The notes: generated by a model from the letters alone, not told the origin. Counted from the whole stretch's first letter, positions 1-9,989 are shown. The stretch is 62,811 nt of DNA, filler included, from Nitrospinota bacterium (GCA_030620925.1; 11 parts of 11 records of this genome joined end to end with filler, not necessarily neighbours in it); one strand, 5' to 3'. Program-made: numbers and translations.

Positions 1-657
1 AAACTATCCGCGGGAACCGCGCACGAGATACTCAATCCGCTGAACATAATCAGCATGCAGGCTCAGATAATGGAAATGGACTGGGGTCTTGAGCCGGACC
101 GGCAAAAAGCAATAACCAATATTCTAACCCAGGTGGAGAGGATAAAAAAGATAGCCGACGGTCTGCGGACTTTTTCCAGGGAGTACAAATTAAAGGGAGA
201 AGCGATAGTAAATCTTAATGATGTAATAGAAGAATCCCTGAACCTTATCGAACACGATCTGAAGCTGAACAATATCGAGATAATTAAAAACTTCATCCCG
301 GGGCTGCCCACGATCATAGCCGACAAGGGCCAGCTGATACAAGTGATTTTAAATATCATGATGAACGCTCAGGATGCCATGCCCGAGGGTGGAAAGCTGA
401 CCATAAAATCGCGTCTTTCGAAAAAAGGAGAAAGAGACACCATCGAGCTTGAATTCTCCGATACCGGTACCGGCATACCCTCAGACGTCCTGCCCAACAT
501 ATTCGACCCCTTCTTCACCACCAAGCCTGAGGACAAAGGTACGGGCCTCGGGCTTTCCATCTGCTACGGCATAGTGGAAAGGATGGGAGGAAAGATATAC
601 GCAGAGAGCACCAATGGCGAAGGCAGCACATTCACCCTCGAGTTACCCGCACCATAA
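1..657 (+). CDS. Sensor histidine kinase, C-terminal HisKA + HATPase_c (5'-truncated)
   Basis: Frame is open from base 1: H-box AHEILNPL, N-box NIMMNAQDAM, G1 DTGTGI, F-box FDPFFTTK, G2 GTGLGL. Confidence 0.95.
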   Translation, partial: KLSAGTAHEILNPLNIISMQAQIMEMDWGLEPDRQKAITNILTQVERIKKIADGLRTFSREYKLKGEAIVNLNDVIEESLNLIEHDLKLNNIEIIKNFIPGLPTIIADKGQLIQVILNIMMNAQDAMPEGGKLTIKSRLSKKGERDTIELEFSDTGTGIPSDVLPNIFDPFFTTKPEDKGTGLGLSICYGIVERMGGKIYAESTNGEGSTFTLELPAP

Positions 658-939
658 AGGGAAACTTTTCTGGCGGCAGTATCAGCAAATTATCAAGTAT
701 CCGGCAAACCCTCATAGCCGATTTTAAAATTTTCCCCCGTCCAATGGAAAGCCGATAGCATTCCTGGAAACGACTCGACACGGTCACGTAAAAGGCATCT
801 TGACAAAGTGCTGCACAAAATGAGACAATTTTCTTAGGAGTAATATTCCCGCCTGAGGACTGCCTGTTCACAGGAAATAATGCCGGCGCTGAAGTTGTAC
901 TTTCAGCCAAAGCCTATCCTAACCGGGGAAAGGTCCAGA

Positions 940-1341
940 GTGACCAAGATATTAGTCGTGGACGATGAAACAGCGCTCTGCGAGATGATTCACATCTTTC
1001 TATCCAGATGCGGATATGAGGTTTTGAAAGCCTCCAGCGGCGATGAGGCCTTGCAAAAGGTTAAAGATGATGAACCTTCCCTTGTGCTCCTTGACATAAA
1101 GATGCCCGGGTTGGACGGTCTCGAAACACTTCGACGCATCAAACAAAAAGGCAACTCCACGACGGTTATAATGTTGACCGCAGTCGCTGATAAAAATGTT
1201 AAACAAAAAGCTTCGGACCTGGGAGCAGACGACTATATCATAAAACCCGTTGATTTAAGGGACCTTCAGCAAAGCGTTCAGGATGCTATTAACCGTATTG
1301 CCGGCCAACACCGTTTTCCTTTAAAAGAAGAGAAATTGTGA
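940..1341 (+). CDS. Single-domain response regulator (REC)
   Basis: ILVVDDE...LLDIKMPGLDG...MLTA...KP; probable GTG start at 940. Confidence 0.92.
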   Translation: MTKILVVDDETALCEMIHIFLSRCGYEVLKASSGDEALQKVKDDEPSLVLLDIKMPGLDGLETLRRIKQKGNSTTVIMLTAVADKNVKQKASDLGADDYIIKPVDLRDLQQSVQDAINRIAGQHRFPLKEEKL

Positions 1342-1557
1342 TTCCAAGACGCAAAACCGCTGTAAAGGAAACGAGAAAAATATAAACAAACTCGTGGATG
1401 GACACCTGGGGAGAGTAGGAGAAGAAATACTAAAATTACCCGCAGGGAAGACTTGTCGGACAGGATCAACCGCCGCATAAACTCACTCAAGCGTTTGGAT
1501 TACTACCAGGAATAGAAGATCGATTGATTGGTTTCTAACCGAAGGGGGGTGTCTAAA

Positions 1558-1926
1558 TTGCCAACTCTCATGGTGGTAGACGATGAATCTACGGTCTGCG
1601 AGCTGATCAAGGTATTCTTGACCAAACAGGGCTACTCGGTTCAGACAGCCCATAGCGGCGAAGAGGCGCTGCAGAAGCTGCAAGATGAAGAGCCGTCTTT
1701 AATGGTCCTCGACGTGCGGATGACGGGCATAGACGGAATCGAAGTCCTGCGCCGGATCAGAAAAAGCGGCAGCAATTTACCGGTAATTATCATGACCGCC
1801 CTCCCCGAAGAGAAGTTGTTCCAGGAAGCGTTAAGCCTGGGGGCCAATAAATGCATTAAAAAACCCTTCGATTTAAAGTACCTTGAAGACAGTATTTGCT
1901 CTGCCATCAAGCCATCCGACTCATAA
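1558..1926 (+). CDS. Single-domain response regulator (REC)
   Basis: LMVVDDE...VLDVRMTGIDG...IMTA...KKPF; TTG start after a G-rich SD (start uncertain). Confidence 0.9.
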   Translation: MPTLMVVDDESTVCELIKVFLTKQGYSVQTAHSGEEALQKLQDEEPSLMVLDVRMTGIDGIEVLRRIRKSGSNLPVIIMTALPEEKLFQEALSLGANKCIKKPFDLKYLEDSICSAIKPSDS

Positions 1927-2060
1927 AATCCATTAAAGTTAGTTCTAAACCTGCTTCCCTATACGCATCATTAACACCATACCGTAAATGCGTCATACCT
2001 TCGTCCGCGCTCCCCGGGTAATAACCATCCCCCCTGGAGGGGCAAAGACCAGGGCCTTTT

Positions 2061-3299
2061 CTACGAAGCGGTCTCTCCCGGTATCTCCCTGTAGGCCTGC
2101 AGGGTATTCCTGGCTGCCAGTTTCCAGCTGAAGGCTTCTGCGGCCCGCTTGATCCCTTCCTCCGAAAGGACGCGGACAAGTTCGCGGTCGGTCATCACCC
2201 TCTTTATTGCCTGAGCTATTGCCCTGGGTGATGCCGGCGGCACCAGCAGGCCGCTCACACCGTCCTCAATTACCTCCGGTAGCGTGCCGGCGGTGGTGGC
2301 TACCACCGGCGCGCCGCAGGCCATGGCCTCCGCAGCGGGCAGGCCGAAGCCTTCGAACAGAGAAGGAACGGCTACCACCCCGGCCGAACAGTAGAGCCGC
2401 ACAAGCTCTTCATCGCTCACCTTTCCGGTGAACACCACCCTTTCTTCAAGTCCCAGCCGCTTGACCATCCGCGGAGCGAGGGTCTTATGCGGGAGACCGT
2501 CGTCCACCACGGTAAGCTTGAGGTGTCCGTCCATGAGGCTCAAGGCCTCCAGGAGGTAACGGATGCCTTTCTTCCTGTCCTCAGCGTTACCCACGAAGAG
2601 AATGTCAACTTCACCTCTGGGGACTCCGGGCAGGGGCCTGAAGAGGTCCAGGTCGATCCCGTTTCCGACTGTTTTGATTTTTTCCGGAGGGACCTTCCAC
2701 TCCCGCATTATGGCCGCCTCGCCTTCCCCGCAGGCGGTGAGGATACCATCCAGCCGCCGGGCAACAATGCCCTGCATGAATTGTGGGTAAAAGGTGAGCG
2801 TATAGAACTTCTCCATGAACGACCGATCCGACTCCAGGTCTATGCGCTTGTCGATAGAGAGGGGGTGGTGCACAGTGGAGACCACCGGAATGCCCAGAGA
2901 TTTCATAAGCAACAAACCGTAGCCCAGGCTCTGCACATCATGTATTATGTGGAACCGGCGGGCGCGCATCAGCTCTTTGAGCTTGAGGAAAGCACGCAGG
3001 CTGAAGGTCAACATCTCAGGGAAAACCCCCAGCGCGGTTACCGCCACTTCGTAGAAGTTCAGCGGAGAGAATATCTTGAACGGCCGGGGGGAAGAGGCGA
3101 AGCTGCGCCGCCTGCCCCACAGGTTGAGGTTTTCTATAGGGTGCACTTTCGCCCATTCCATGGGGGCCGGATAGGGAGGGCCGACTATGACGTCGATATT
3201 GTGCCCCAGACGGGCCAGCTCACGTGAAAGGTCGTAGAGATATATACCTTGCCCGCCGCAATGCATGTTCCCCCGATAGCAGACAAAACAGATGTTCAT
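2061..3299 (-). CDS. Glycosyltransferase family 4 (GT-B)
   Basis: MNICFVCY...GGQGIY, RKKG, PSLFEGFGLPAAEAMACG (EX7E); start moved to ATG 3299. Confidence 0.93.
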   Translation of the reverse strand: MNICFVCYRGNMHCGGQGIYLYDLSRELARLGHNIDVIVGPPYPAPMEWAKVHPIENLNLWGRRRSFASSPRPFKIFSPLNFYEVAVTALGVFPEMLTFSLRAFLKLKELMRARRFHIIHDVQSLGYGLLLMKSLGIPVVSTVHHPLSIDKRIDLESDRSFMEKFYTLTFYPQFMQGIVARRLDGILTACGEGEAAIMREWKVPPEKIKTVGNGIDLDLFRPLPGVPRGEVDILFVGNAEDRKKGIRYLLEALSLMDGHLKLTVVDDGLPHKTLAPRMVKRLGLEERVVFTGKVSDEELVRLYCSAGVVAVPSLFEGFGLPAAEAMACGAPVVATTAGTLPEVIEDGVSGLLVPPASPRAIAQAIKRVMTDRELVRVLSEEGIKRAAEAFSWKLAARNTLQAYREIPGETAS

Positions 3300-3324
3300 C
3301 GGCGATTCCACTTCTGGTGTCCCT

Positions 3325-3834
3325 TTACGTTTGAGCGGGGCCTTTCCCCTGTGGTGAATTTTCCTGCCCCTGCATGAATGTCTTCCACATATTAACCACG
3401 AAAATGACCCCGGAAGCCAGCAGAAAGGCCCCGAAAATAACGCCGGCATGAAAGTAGAGGGATGAGACTCTGAACCGGGAGAGGTACTCGAAAAGAAAAA
3501 GCCCGCTCAGGCCCACCATTGCCATCCAGAAATGGACTTCGGCCATCCTGAGACTGTGGACTCTGGTCTTGTTGGCGAAGGCCGAGGGGAGGAGTTTGTA
3601 AGCAACTCCGAAAATGAGGAGGGTTATCCATCCGTAAACGCCAACGTGGGCGTGGACGAAGGAGGGCGCGGAAGGTATCAACCTGGAAAGCATCAGGTAC
3701 CCCATGATGGTGCTGATGAGGAAAAAAATGAAGCTGGCCAGTATGAACCGCCTGCAGATGGTATTGATCCTTTTCAGCTCATCTCTATCAGGGACGATGC
3801 TTGAGATCGGGGGTATCCCGGTGTTTGCGGACAT
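3325..3834 (-). CDS. Small 4-TM membrane protein resembling part of heme-copper oxidase (cbb3) subunit I
   Basis: Four hydrophobic segments, HAHVGVYGW...GVAYKLLP...HFW; GGAGG SD before ATG 3834. Confidence 0.65.
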   Translation of the reverse strand: MSANTGIPPISSIVPDRDELKRINTICRRFILASFIFFLISTIMGYLMLSRLIPSAPSFVHAHVGVYGWITLLIFGVAYKLLPSAFANKTRVHSLRMAEVHFWMAMVGLSGLFLFEYLSRFRVSSLYFHAGVIFGAFLLASGVIFVVNMWKTFMQGQENSPQGKGPAQT

Positions 3835-3908
3835 AATAGGCCCCTCCATGAATGCGGTTTAGCAGTGTGGCCCACTCCGGGTTCCGCAGGCTACAGGCCA
3901 CAATCTGA

Positions 3909-3936
3909 TTGACATCGGGTGTGCACGAACTATAAT
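3909..3936 (+). promoter_or_regulatory. Sigma70-type promoter for the MaoC pair
   Basis: Perfect TTGACA-16 nt-TATAAT. Confidence 0.75.
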
Positions 3937-4045
3937 CAAGTCCCTAAAATAAAATAGAATGGATATACAGTCAAACCTAAAAAGGGCCCGGGCAATTCAG
4001 GGGAAATTATCTGAAGGGCCATGTTTCGATGAAGGAGGTGCAGGT

Positions 4046-4483
4046 ATGGTCGAGTATGACAAGAGCGTTTTAGGTGTGGACTCGGAGCCCGCCGCCGATG
4101 AGGTGGAAAAGGGCGCCATCAGAAAGTTCGCCGCCGCCATCGGCGACGACAACCCTATCTACAACGAGGAGGACTACTGCGAAAAAACCGGCTTCGGCTC
4201 ACTGGTCGCTCCTCCAACCTTCCTTACGACGTTTCGCGCATCTCCCGTCCCGGACATCAAGCTGCAGTTCGGCAAGGTGGGCCTGCACGGCGGCCAGGCT
4301 TACGAGTTTTACAAGCCTATCAAAGCGGGGGACAAGATCACATACTCCAACAAGGTATCCGACGTCACCGAGCGTGACGGCCGCACGGGAAAGATGGTGT
4401 TCACCGTGATTGAGACCACCTTCACCAATCAGGACGGAGAGAAGGTCGCCGTAGCCCGCAGCACCGGAATCAGGCGAGAATAG
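4046..4483 (+). CDS. MaoC/FAS1-like dehydratase N-terminal-type subunit (HadA-like hotdog fold)
   Basis: VEKGAIRKFAAAIGDDNP...APPTF...LHGGQAYEFYKPIKAGD; AAGGAGGT SD before ATG 4046. Confidence 0.88.
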   Translation: MVEYDKSVLGVDSEPAADEVEKGAIRKFAAAIGDDNPIYNEEDYCEKTGFGSLVAPPTFLTTFRASPVPDIKLQFGKVGLHGGQAYEFYKPIKAGDKITYSNKVSDVTERDGRTGKMVFTVIETTFTNQDGEKVAVARSTGIRRE

Positions 4484-4522
4484 CGGAGCATGCAGACAGG
4501 AAATCAGTGAGGAGGAAGAACG

Positions 4523-4954
4523 ATGGGAAAAGAGCTTTATTTCGAAGACGTCAACGTGGGAGATGATATACCCTCCCTGGCTAAAGAACCCACCACGCAA
4601 CAACTGGTGATGTATGCCGGGGCGTCGGGAGATTTCTACCAGATACATTACGACCACCATTTCGCAGTAAACGCAGGGCTAAACGACGGTGTCATCGTTC
4701 ACGGCATGCTGAGCATGGGCTGGGTGGCTCAGATGCTCACCGACTGGCTGCCCGACTGGGGTCTGCGAAAGATCGACGTGCGCTTCTCGGCTATGGCCAT
4801 ACCGGGGAATACCATCACCTGCAAAGGGAAAATAACCGAAAAGTATCAGGAAAACGGGAAGAACTATATAAACTGCGACATATCATGCGAGAACCAGGAG
4901 GGAACGAAGACAGTCATGGGCACCGCCACCGCCGAGCTCCCCTCTAAAGGATAA
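4523..4954 (+). CDS. MaoC-family (R)-enoyl-CoA hydratase/dehydratase catalytic subunit (HadB-like)
   Basis: YAGASGDFYQIHYD hydratase-2 motif, IVHGM. Confidence 0.9.
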   Translation: MGKELYFEDVNVGDDIPSLAKEPTTQQLVMYAGASGDFYQIHYDHHFAVNAGLNDGVIVHGMLSMGWVAQMLTDWLPDWGLRKIDVRFSAMAIPGNTITCKGKITEKYQENGKNYINCDISCENQEGTKTVMGTATAELPSKG

Positions 4955-5342
4955 AGGCCGCAATATCCAGGGGGAAAGCTTAAAGAAACTATGAGGGGGC
5001 CTTCTCAAAAATGCCCCCTCACGCTCCCCCCATAACTTTTGTGTATGTCCTTCCAATTTCCACGCCCGTATAGCTTAATTACCGGTCAAAAAATACCAAA
5101 TCGTATGAATTACCCTAATTAATACCAGAAAATACTTGACAAAAAGAGTAATTTTTCCTAAATATCATTAATAGCACCGAAATTATCAAGTATTGACCGA
5201 AACAAATGATCGAATGCGTAAATCAATTTAAAACTAACTGAAGACCGAATGCCCGGGCTTGGAAGACCCATAAATTGCAGCGATGTACATTCAGGCGCCG
5301 GGTCTATTGAGTTACCCTTCAAATAGAGGAAATAGTGCACCA

Positions 5343-5442
5343 NNNNNNNNNNNNNNNNNNNNNNNNNNNNNNNNNNNNNNNNNNNNTTAATTAATTAANN
5401 NNNNNNNNNNNNNNNNNNNNNNNNNNNNNNNNNNNNNNNNNN
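5343..5442. other. Artificial contig spacer; identical spacers at 9568-9667, 14900-14999, 18690-18789, 22150-22249, 29177-29276, 36925-37024, 39612-39711, 50592-50691, 55830-55929
   Basis: 100-nt N run with a central TTAATTAATTAA (stops in all six frames); genes are cut at these junctions. Confidence 0.99.
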
Positions 5443-6417
5443 ATGGGCCTCAACCTCAAGAACGAAGAAGCCCGAAAAATTTTTCATAAACTGGCCGAAA
5501 CTACGGACGTGGTGGTGGAAGAGTTCCGGCCCGGCGTCACCAAACGTTTGGGAATAGACTACGACACCCTGAGCAAAATCAACCCCCGCATCATCTACTG
5601 CGCCGTTACCGGCTACGGCCAGGACGGACCATACAGGGATTTGGTGGGGCACGATATCAACTACATCTCACACGCGGGCGCCCTGGGAATTATCGGCCCT
5701 GAGGACGGCCCGCCGTCCATCCCCCACAACATCCTGGCGGATTTCGCAGGGGGCGGGATGCACGGCGCGGTGGGAGTCCTGGCGGCGCTGATGGCAAGGG
5801 AAAGAACCGGCCGGGGCCAGATCGTAGATATAGCCATGGCCGACGGTGTGGTTTCACTTCAGGTGGCCCTGTTTTCAATGCATTACGCAGGCAAGGGGAC
5901 GGCCCGCCGCGGAGGCACCATGCTCTCCGGCAAGTCCCCTTTTTATAACGTATACCAGACCAAGGACGGCAAATACCTGAGCATAGGTTCAATAGAGCCA
6001 TGGTTTTTCGCCAATCTCTGCAAGGCGCTGGGGCATGAGGAATTTATCCCCCACGAGCATACCAGCGAAAAATACCCGGAAATGCAGAAAGCCTTCGCCG
6101 AAACCTTCAAGACCAAGAACAGGGACGAATGGTTCGACATCCTGAGCCAGACGGACATCTGTGTGGGGAGAATATACGACTACGAAGAGGTCGAGGACGA
6201 CCCTCAGCTCAAGCACCGCAAGATGATTATCGAGATCGACCATCCGACCGAGGGTAAAGTGAAGCAGGTGGGCATACCCATGAAGCTGTCTGAGACACCG
6301 GGTACCGTCCGCTTTCTCGCCCCCCAGTTAGGGGAGCATACCGATGAAACCCTCGGAGGCCTGGGCTACTCCGAAAAGGACATAGAGCGTCTCCGGGGCG
6401 AAGGCGCTATAAAATAG
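5443..6417 (+). CDS. CaiB/BaiF family III CoA-transferase fold, alpha-methylacyl-CoA racemase-like (5'-truncated)
   Basis: EEFRPGV..RLGIDY, TGYGQDGPY, GHDINY and NILADFAGGG (racemase His/Asp motifs). Confidence 0.88.
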   Translation: MGLNLKNEEARKIFHKLAETTDVVVEEFRPGVTKRLGIDYDTLSKINPRIIYCAVTGYGQDGPYRDLVGHDINYISHAGALGIIGPEDGPPSIPHNILADFAGGGMHGAVGVLAALMARERTGRGQIVDIAMADGVVSLQVALFSMHYAGKGTARRGGTMLSGKSPFYNVYQTKDGKYLSIGSIEPWFFANLCKALGHEEFIPHEHTSEKYPEMQKAFAETFKTKNRDEWFDILSQTDICVGRIYDYEEVEDDPQLKHRKMIIEIDHPTEGKVKQVGIPMKLSETPGTVRFLAPQLGEHTDETLGGLGYSEKDIERLRGEGAIK

Positions 6418-6665
6418 CGAGCGCCCGCCGGCCGGTTACTCTAGCTTACTCAAATGGCAGCGAAGGGATAATTTCGCCTGAAAGCCGGTAATTTCTTTTC
6501 CGACATATAATATTTGTCTGATAAAGCTTATTCGCCGGTTTTCTGATTTACATCGATTAAGCGTAAATGCCTGAGAAGTAAAGAAGTAGCAACTTACGCA
6601 AAGACCGTGCCCTGCCGACCAATTTTGGATAGGTTTAAGCCAACATTCGAGAGAGGGGAAACAAC

Positions 6666-9035
6666 ATGAAACAATTCAAGGGCAAGGGACACGTCACCGG
6701 ATATTTTCTCATCCTATTTCTCTCCCTTACCTTTTTTGCAAACACTGCTCCCGCCCAAAAGGGTAAAGACGCAAGCAAATCGTTTAACACTGTAAGCAAA
6801 AAACTGGCGGAAGAAAAAGGATGTCTGAGCTGCCACGAAGGTATAGAGCCAATCCGCGAGGAAGGAAGCGTGATGCAGGCCATGGTAGACGCCATGGGAG
6901 GATGCGTGGTCTGCCATGGCGGGACACCGAACGCCACCTCAAAAGAGAAAGCACATTCAGGCGCCCCTGATGAAATCCCCGTCGAAGATTTCTACCCGGA
7001 CCCTGGCAGCATCTGGATAGCGGATAAAACCTGCGGCAGCGCGCCCTGCCATCGCGACAAGCCGTATCAATTGCATCGCGCCCTTATGCAGACCGAAGCG
7101 GGCAAAATACAGGGCAACTTATGGGCATGGGGCATGGGCACGGCAGACCGCAAGGTCCGCTACGGCAACTACGACATAGAGGACACCGACGGCCCCGTAC
7201 CCAGGGTGGGAAGCGAGGTCTACAAAAAGTATATGGCTAACTTGATAGCAAATAACCCCTCGGTGTTTCCCAGGAACCTGGAACAGCTTCCCGCAGTGGA
7301 CGACCCCAAAAAAGTCGAAGAAAACCCTGCCCTGGCGGCCATCACCTACCAGCGGCACGAATGCCAGCGATGCCACGTCGGCGTCCGGGGTCGTGAGAAA
7401 CGGGGCGACTGGCGAGGCATGGGCTGTTCCGCCTGCCACATACTCTATAGCAACGATGGCTTCTACGAAGGGAACGACCCCACGATACCCAAAGACCAGC
7501 CGGGCCACATGCTGAAGCACCGTATCAGGGGCAGCCGCAAAGCCGGCGGCGGTATTCCCGTCGAGGTCTGCAACTCCTGCCACAACAGAGGCAAGCGCAT
7601 CGGCATGACATATCAGGGTCTCATGGAATTCCCCTATGGAAGCCCTTTCACCGAGGAGGGTGGAACGCAGCCAAAGCTGCACACAAAGCGCTACCTCTAC
7701 ATCAGGGAAGACCTCCATCACCGTCTCGAAAGCAGACCCGAAAACCCCAAAGGCAGACTGTTCTGCCAGGACTGCCATACCAGCATAGACATGCACGGTG
7801 ACGGCAACATCCCCGGCACCACCCTGGCCCAGGTAGAGATAGAATGTCAGGACTGCCACGGAACGCCGGATAAATACCCCTGGCAACTACCCATAGGTTA
7901 CGGCGAGGAATTCGGCAAGGAAACCCTCAGCGCACCGAGAGGCACCACAAAAAATCTTCTCCCCTTCCAGGCGATGGCCAAGGCGTATCCTTCCGAAGAC
8001 GGTTATCTTCTCACCGCCCGGGGAAATCCCTTCGGCAACGTGGTGCGGCGCGGCGACAAGGCCGTCCTGCATTCGGCCGCGGGGAAGGATTTCTTCATCC
8101 CACTGCTCAAAAAGCTCCAGTTGACTAAAACCTGGAAGAGCCCTAACGCCGAAGTTGCCATGAGCACCGTCAGCCGCCACATGGAGCGTTTGGAGTGTTA
8201 CGCCTGCCACGCCAACTGGGCGCCCCAGTGTTACGGGTGTCATGTGAAGGTGGACTACTCCAAAGATAAAAAGGGTACCGACTGGATTCTTACCGGCAAC
8301 AAGCGCGGCCCTGACGGCCGGACCGCTGAAGCGGCTCTGGGAGTGGATGGCGTCAAATCCCCGGGCGAGGTGACAGAGCTTCGGGGTTACCTGCGATGGG
8401 AGGAGCCCATCCTGGGCATAAACGGTGAGGGGAGAGTGTCGCCGCTGGTCCCCGGATGCCAGGTAGTCACAACGGTGATAGGCCCCGACGGCAAAACCAT
8501 CGTCCGCAACAAGATATGGCGCACGCCGCCCAACACCGAGGGCGGAGGCTCGGAAGGTCAGCGGGGTCTGGACATGGCCCCATTGCAGCCCCATTCAACG
8601 CTGCTGAAGGCGCGCCGCTGCGAAAGCTGCCACTCAAACCCCAAGGCACTGGGCTACGGCATGGAAGACGGCATCTACCAGGCCCGCTACACCGAAAATA
8701 TCGTGGTGGACCTGGAGACCGGCGACGGCGAGATCATCCCTCAAAACACCAGCGTCCAGATAACCGCAGTCCCCGATCTTATGATGGATTGGAGCCGCAT
8801 CGTGACCAGGGAGGGCGAACAGCTTCAGACGGTGGGCTCGCACTGGCCACTCTCACGTCCCCTGAACAACGAGGAAAGGGCCGTTATGGAGCGGACCGGT
8901 GTGTGCATGGGTTGCCATAAGGAAATGGCCGACGTCGAATTCTGGAAAAGCGTCTCCACCCCCGATCGCCTTGACAATGCCGAACACGACGAACATATGA
9001 ACCTTATACTGAAGAAGGGCGGCAATCGCAACTAA
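6666..9035 (+). CDS. Periplasmic multiheme cytochrome c (11 CxxCH + 1 CX4CH)
   Basis: N-terminal signal peptide; CLSCH, CVVCH, CGSAPCH, CQRCH, CSACH, CNSCH, CQDCH x2, CYACH, CYGCH, CESCH, CMGCH. Confidence 0.93.
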   Translation: MKQFKGKGHVTGYFLILFLSLTFFANTAPAQKGKDASKSFNTVSKKLAEEKGCLSCHEGIEPIREEGSVMQAMVDAMGGCVVCHGGTPNATSKEKAHSGAPDEIPVEDFYPDPGSIWIADKTCGSAPCHRDKPYQLHRALMQTEAGKIQGNLWAWGMGTADRKVRYGNYDIEDTDGPVPRVGSEVYKKYMANLIANNPSVFPRNLEQLPAVDDPKKVEENPALAAITYQRHECQRCHVGVRGREKRGDWRGMGCSACHILYSNDGFYEGNDPTIPKDQPGHMLKHRIRGSRKAGGGIPVEVCNSCHNRGKRIGMTYQGLMEFPYGSPFTEEGGTQPKLHTKRYLYIREDLHHRLESRPENPKGRLFCQDCHTSIDMHGDGNIPGTTLAQVEIECQDCHGTPDKYPWQLPIGYGEEFGKETLSAPRGTTKNLLPFQAMAKAYPSEDGYLLTARGNPFGNVVRRGDKAVLHSAAGKDFFIPLLKKLQLTKTWKSPNAEVAMSTVSRHMERLECYACHANWAPQCYGCHVKVDYSKDKKGTDWILTGNKRGPDGRTAEAALGVDGVKSPGEVTELRGYLRWEEPILGINGEGRVSPLVPGCQVVTTVIGPDGKTIVRNKIWRTPPNTEGGGSEGQRGLDMAPLQPHSTLLKARRCESCHSNPKALGYGMEDGIYQARYTENIVVDLETGDGEIIPQNTSVQITAVPDLMMDWSRIVTREGEQLQTVGSHWPLSRPLNNEERAVMERTGVCMGCHKEMADVEFWKSVSTPDRLDNAEHDEHMNLILKKGGNRN

Positions 9036-9050
9036 CTTTCATTCACGAAC

Positions 9051-9084
9051 AACAAAAGGCGGGTCGTTTGGCCCGCCTTTTGTT
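9051..9084. terminator. Bidirectional intrinsic terminator
   Basis: aacaaaaggcggg-tcgtttgg-cccgccttttgtt inverted repeat between convergent genes. Confidence 0.88.
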
Positions 9085-9132
9085 CCTTATATCGCTATCT
9101 CGTTCAGTCAGTAATTCGGGCTACTGAGCAAT

Positions 9133-9567
9133 TCAACTTACAACCGCGAACAGTCGCCATTCGTCCGGGATGCCTTTGAGGGCGTGAGTGTCTCTGTCCT
9201 CGAAACGGATGTCCGAACCGGCTACCATGTCTTTTACCGTGCTGGAGACAAGTACCTCTCCGGGACCCGCTTTCTCCGCCACCCGCGCCCCGATGTGCAC
9301 CGCGATGCCCCGCACGGCCTCCCCCGCCGCCTCGCATTCGCCCATGTGCAGCCCGGCCCTGATCTCTATTCCCAGCTCCCTCACCGAATCACTTATGGCG
9401 CGGGCGCACTGTATGGCCTGGTTCGGTTTATCGAAGGTGGCCAGGAAACCATCTCCTGTGGCGTCCATCTCGCGGCCTTGAAACTTGATGAGCTCTGTGC
9501 GCACCATGGCCCGATGATCCTCCAGAAGCTCTTTCCACCGGCTGTCTCCCAATTCGGCAGCTTTTTC
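9133..9567 (-). CDS. Class III adenylate/guanylate cyclase domain, Rv1900c/LipJ-like (5'-truncated)
   Basis: TGDGFLATF, IRAGLHMGE, GIAVHIGARV, EVLVSSTV, LKGIP. Confidence 0.9.
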   Translation of the reverse strand, partial: EKAAELGDSRWKELLEDHRAMVRTELIKFQGREMDATGDGFLATFDKPNQAIQCARAISDSVRELGIEIRAGLHMGECEAAGEAVRGIAVHIGARVAEKAGPGEVLVSSTVKDMVAGSDIRFEDRDTHALKGIPDEWRLFAVVS

Positions 9568-9668
9568 NNNNNNNNNNNNNNNNNNNNNNNNNNNNNNNNN
9601 NNNNNNNNNNNTTAATTAATTAANNNNNNNNNNNNNNNNNNNNNNNNNNNNNNNNNNNNNNNNNNNNC

Positions 9669-9989
9669 TCCGATGAAGAAACGCATCGCCGGCACATCAG
9701 CCAATACGTGGGAAGAGAATCCATAGTGATCAGCGAAACCAGGAAAGGCAAAGTCAAAGAACGTGAAATTCGGCCCCTCATAGAAAGCATCTCCCTTGGG
9801 CGGGCGGACGGAGACGGCTACCGACTGGAGGTAGTCATAGACCAGGGCGAAGGCAAATCGCTCAACCCCTGGACTTTGCTCAAAGATCTTTATAACCTTA
9901 ATGAAAATGAAGTAAGGGCGTTTCGCGTAGTCAAGACGGACGCCCAAATTATAGAGGCAGGTGAATATGCCCTCAGAAATCGTGATTAA
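9669..9989 (+). CDS. C-terminus of radical SAM-linked protein (DUF2344/TIGR03936-like), 5'-truncated
   Basis: RKGKVKEREIRPLI motif; typical position just upstream of rng. Confidence 0.65.
   Translation, partial: SDEETHRRHISQYVGRESIVISETRKGKVKEREIRPLIESISLGRADGDGYRLEVVIDQGEGKSLNPWTLLKDLYNLNENEVRAFRVVKTDAQIIEAGEYALRNRD

Noticed and set aside
1345-1430. GACGCAAAAC and GGGAGAGTAGG resembling c-di-GMP-I riboswitch and 5S rRNA fragments
   Set aside because: The flanking helices and other conserved bases are missing.
5158-5340. 60-aa minus-strand ORF
   Set aside because: AT-rich, promoter-like contig end with no motif; probably non-coding.
5343-5442. Recurrent TTAATTAATTAA within N runs, as a repeat or CRISPR-like array
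   Set aside because: Artificial contig linker; ORFs ending in XXX-LIN are artefacts of it.
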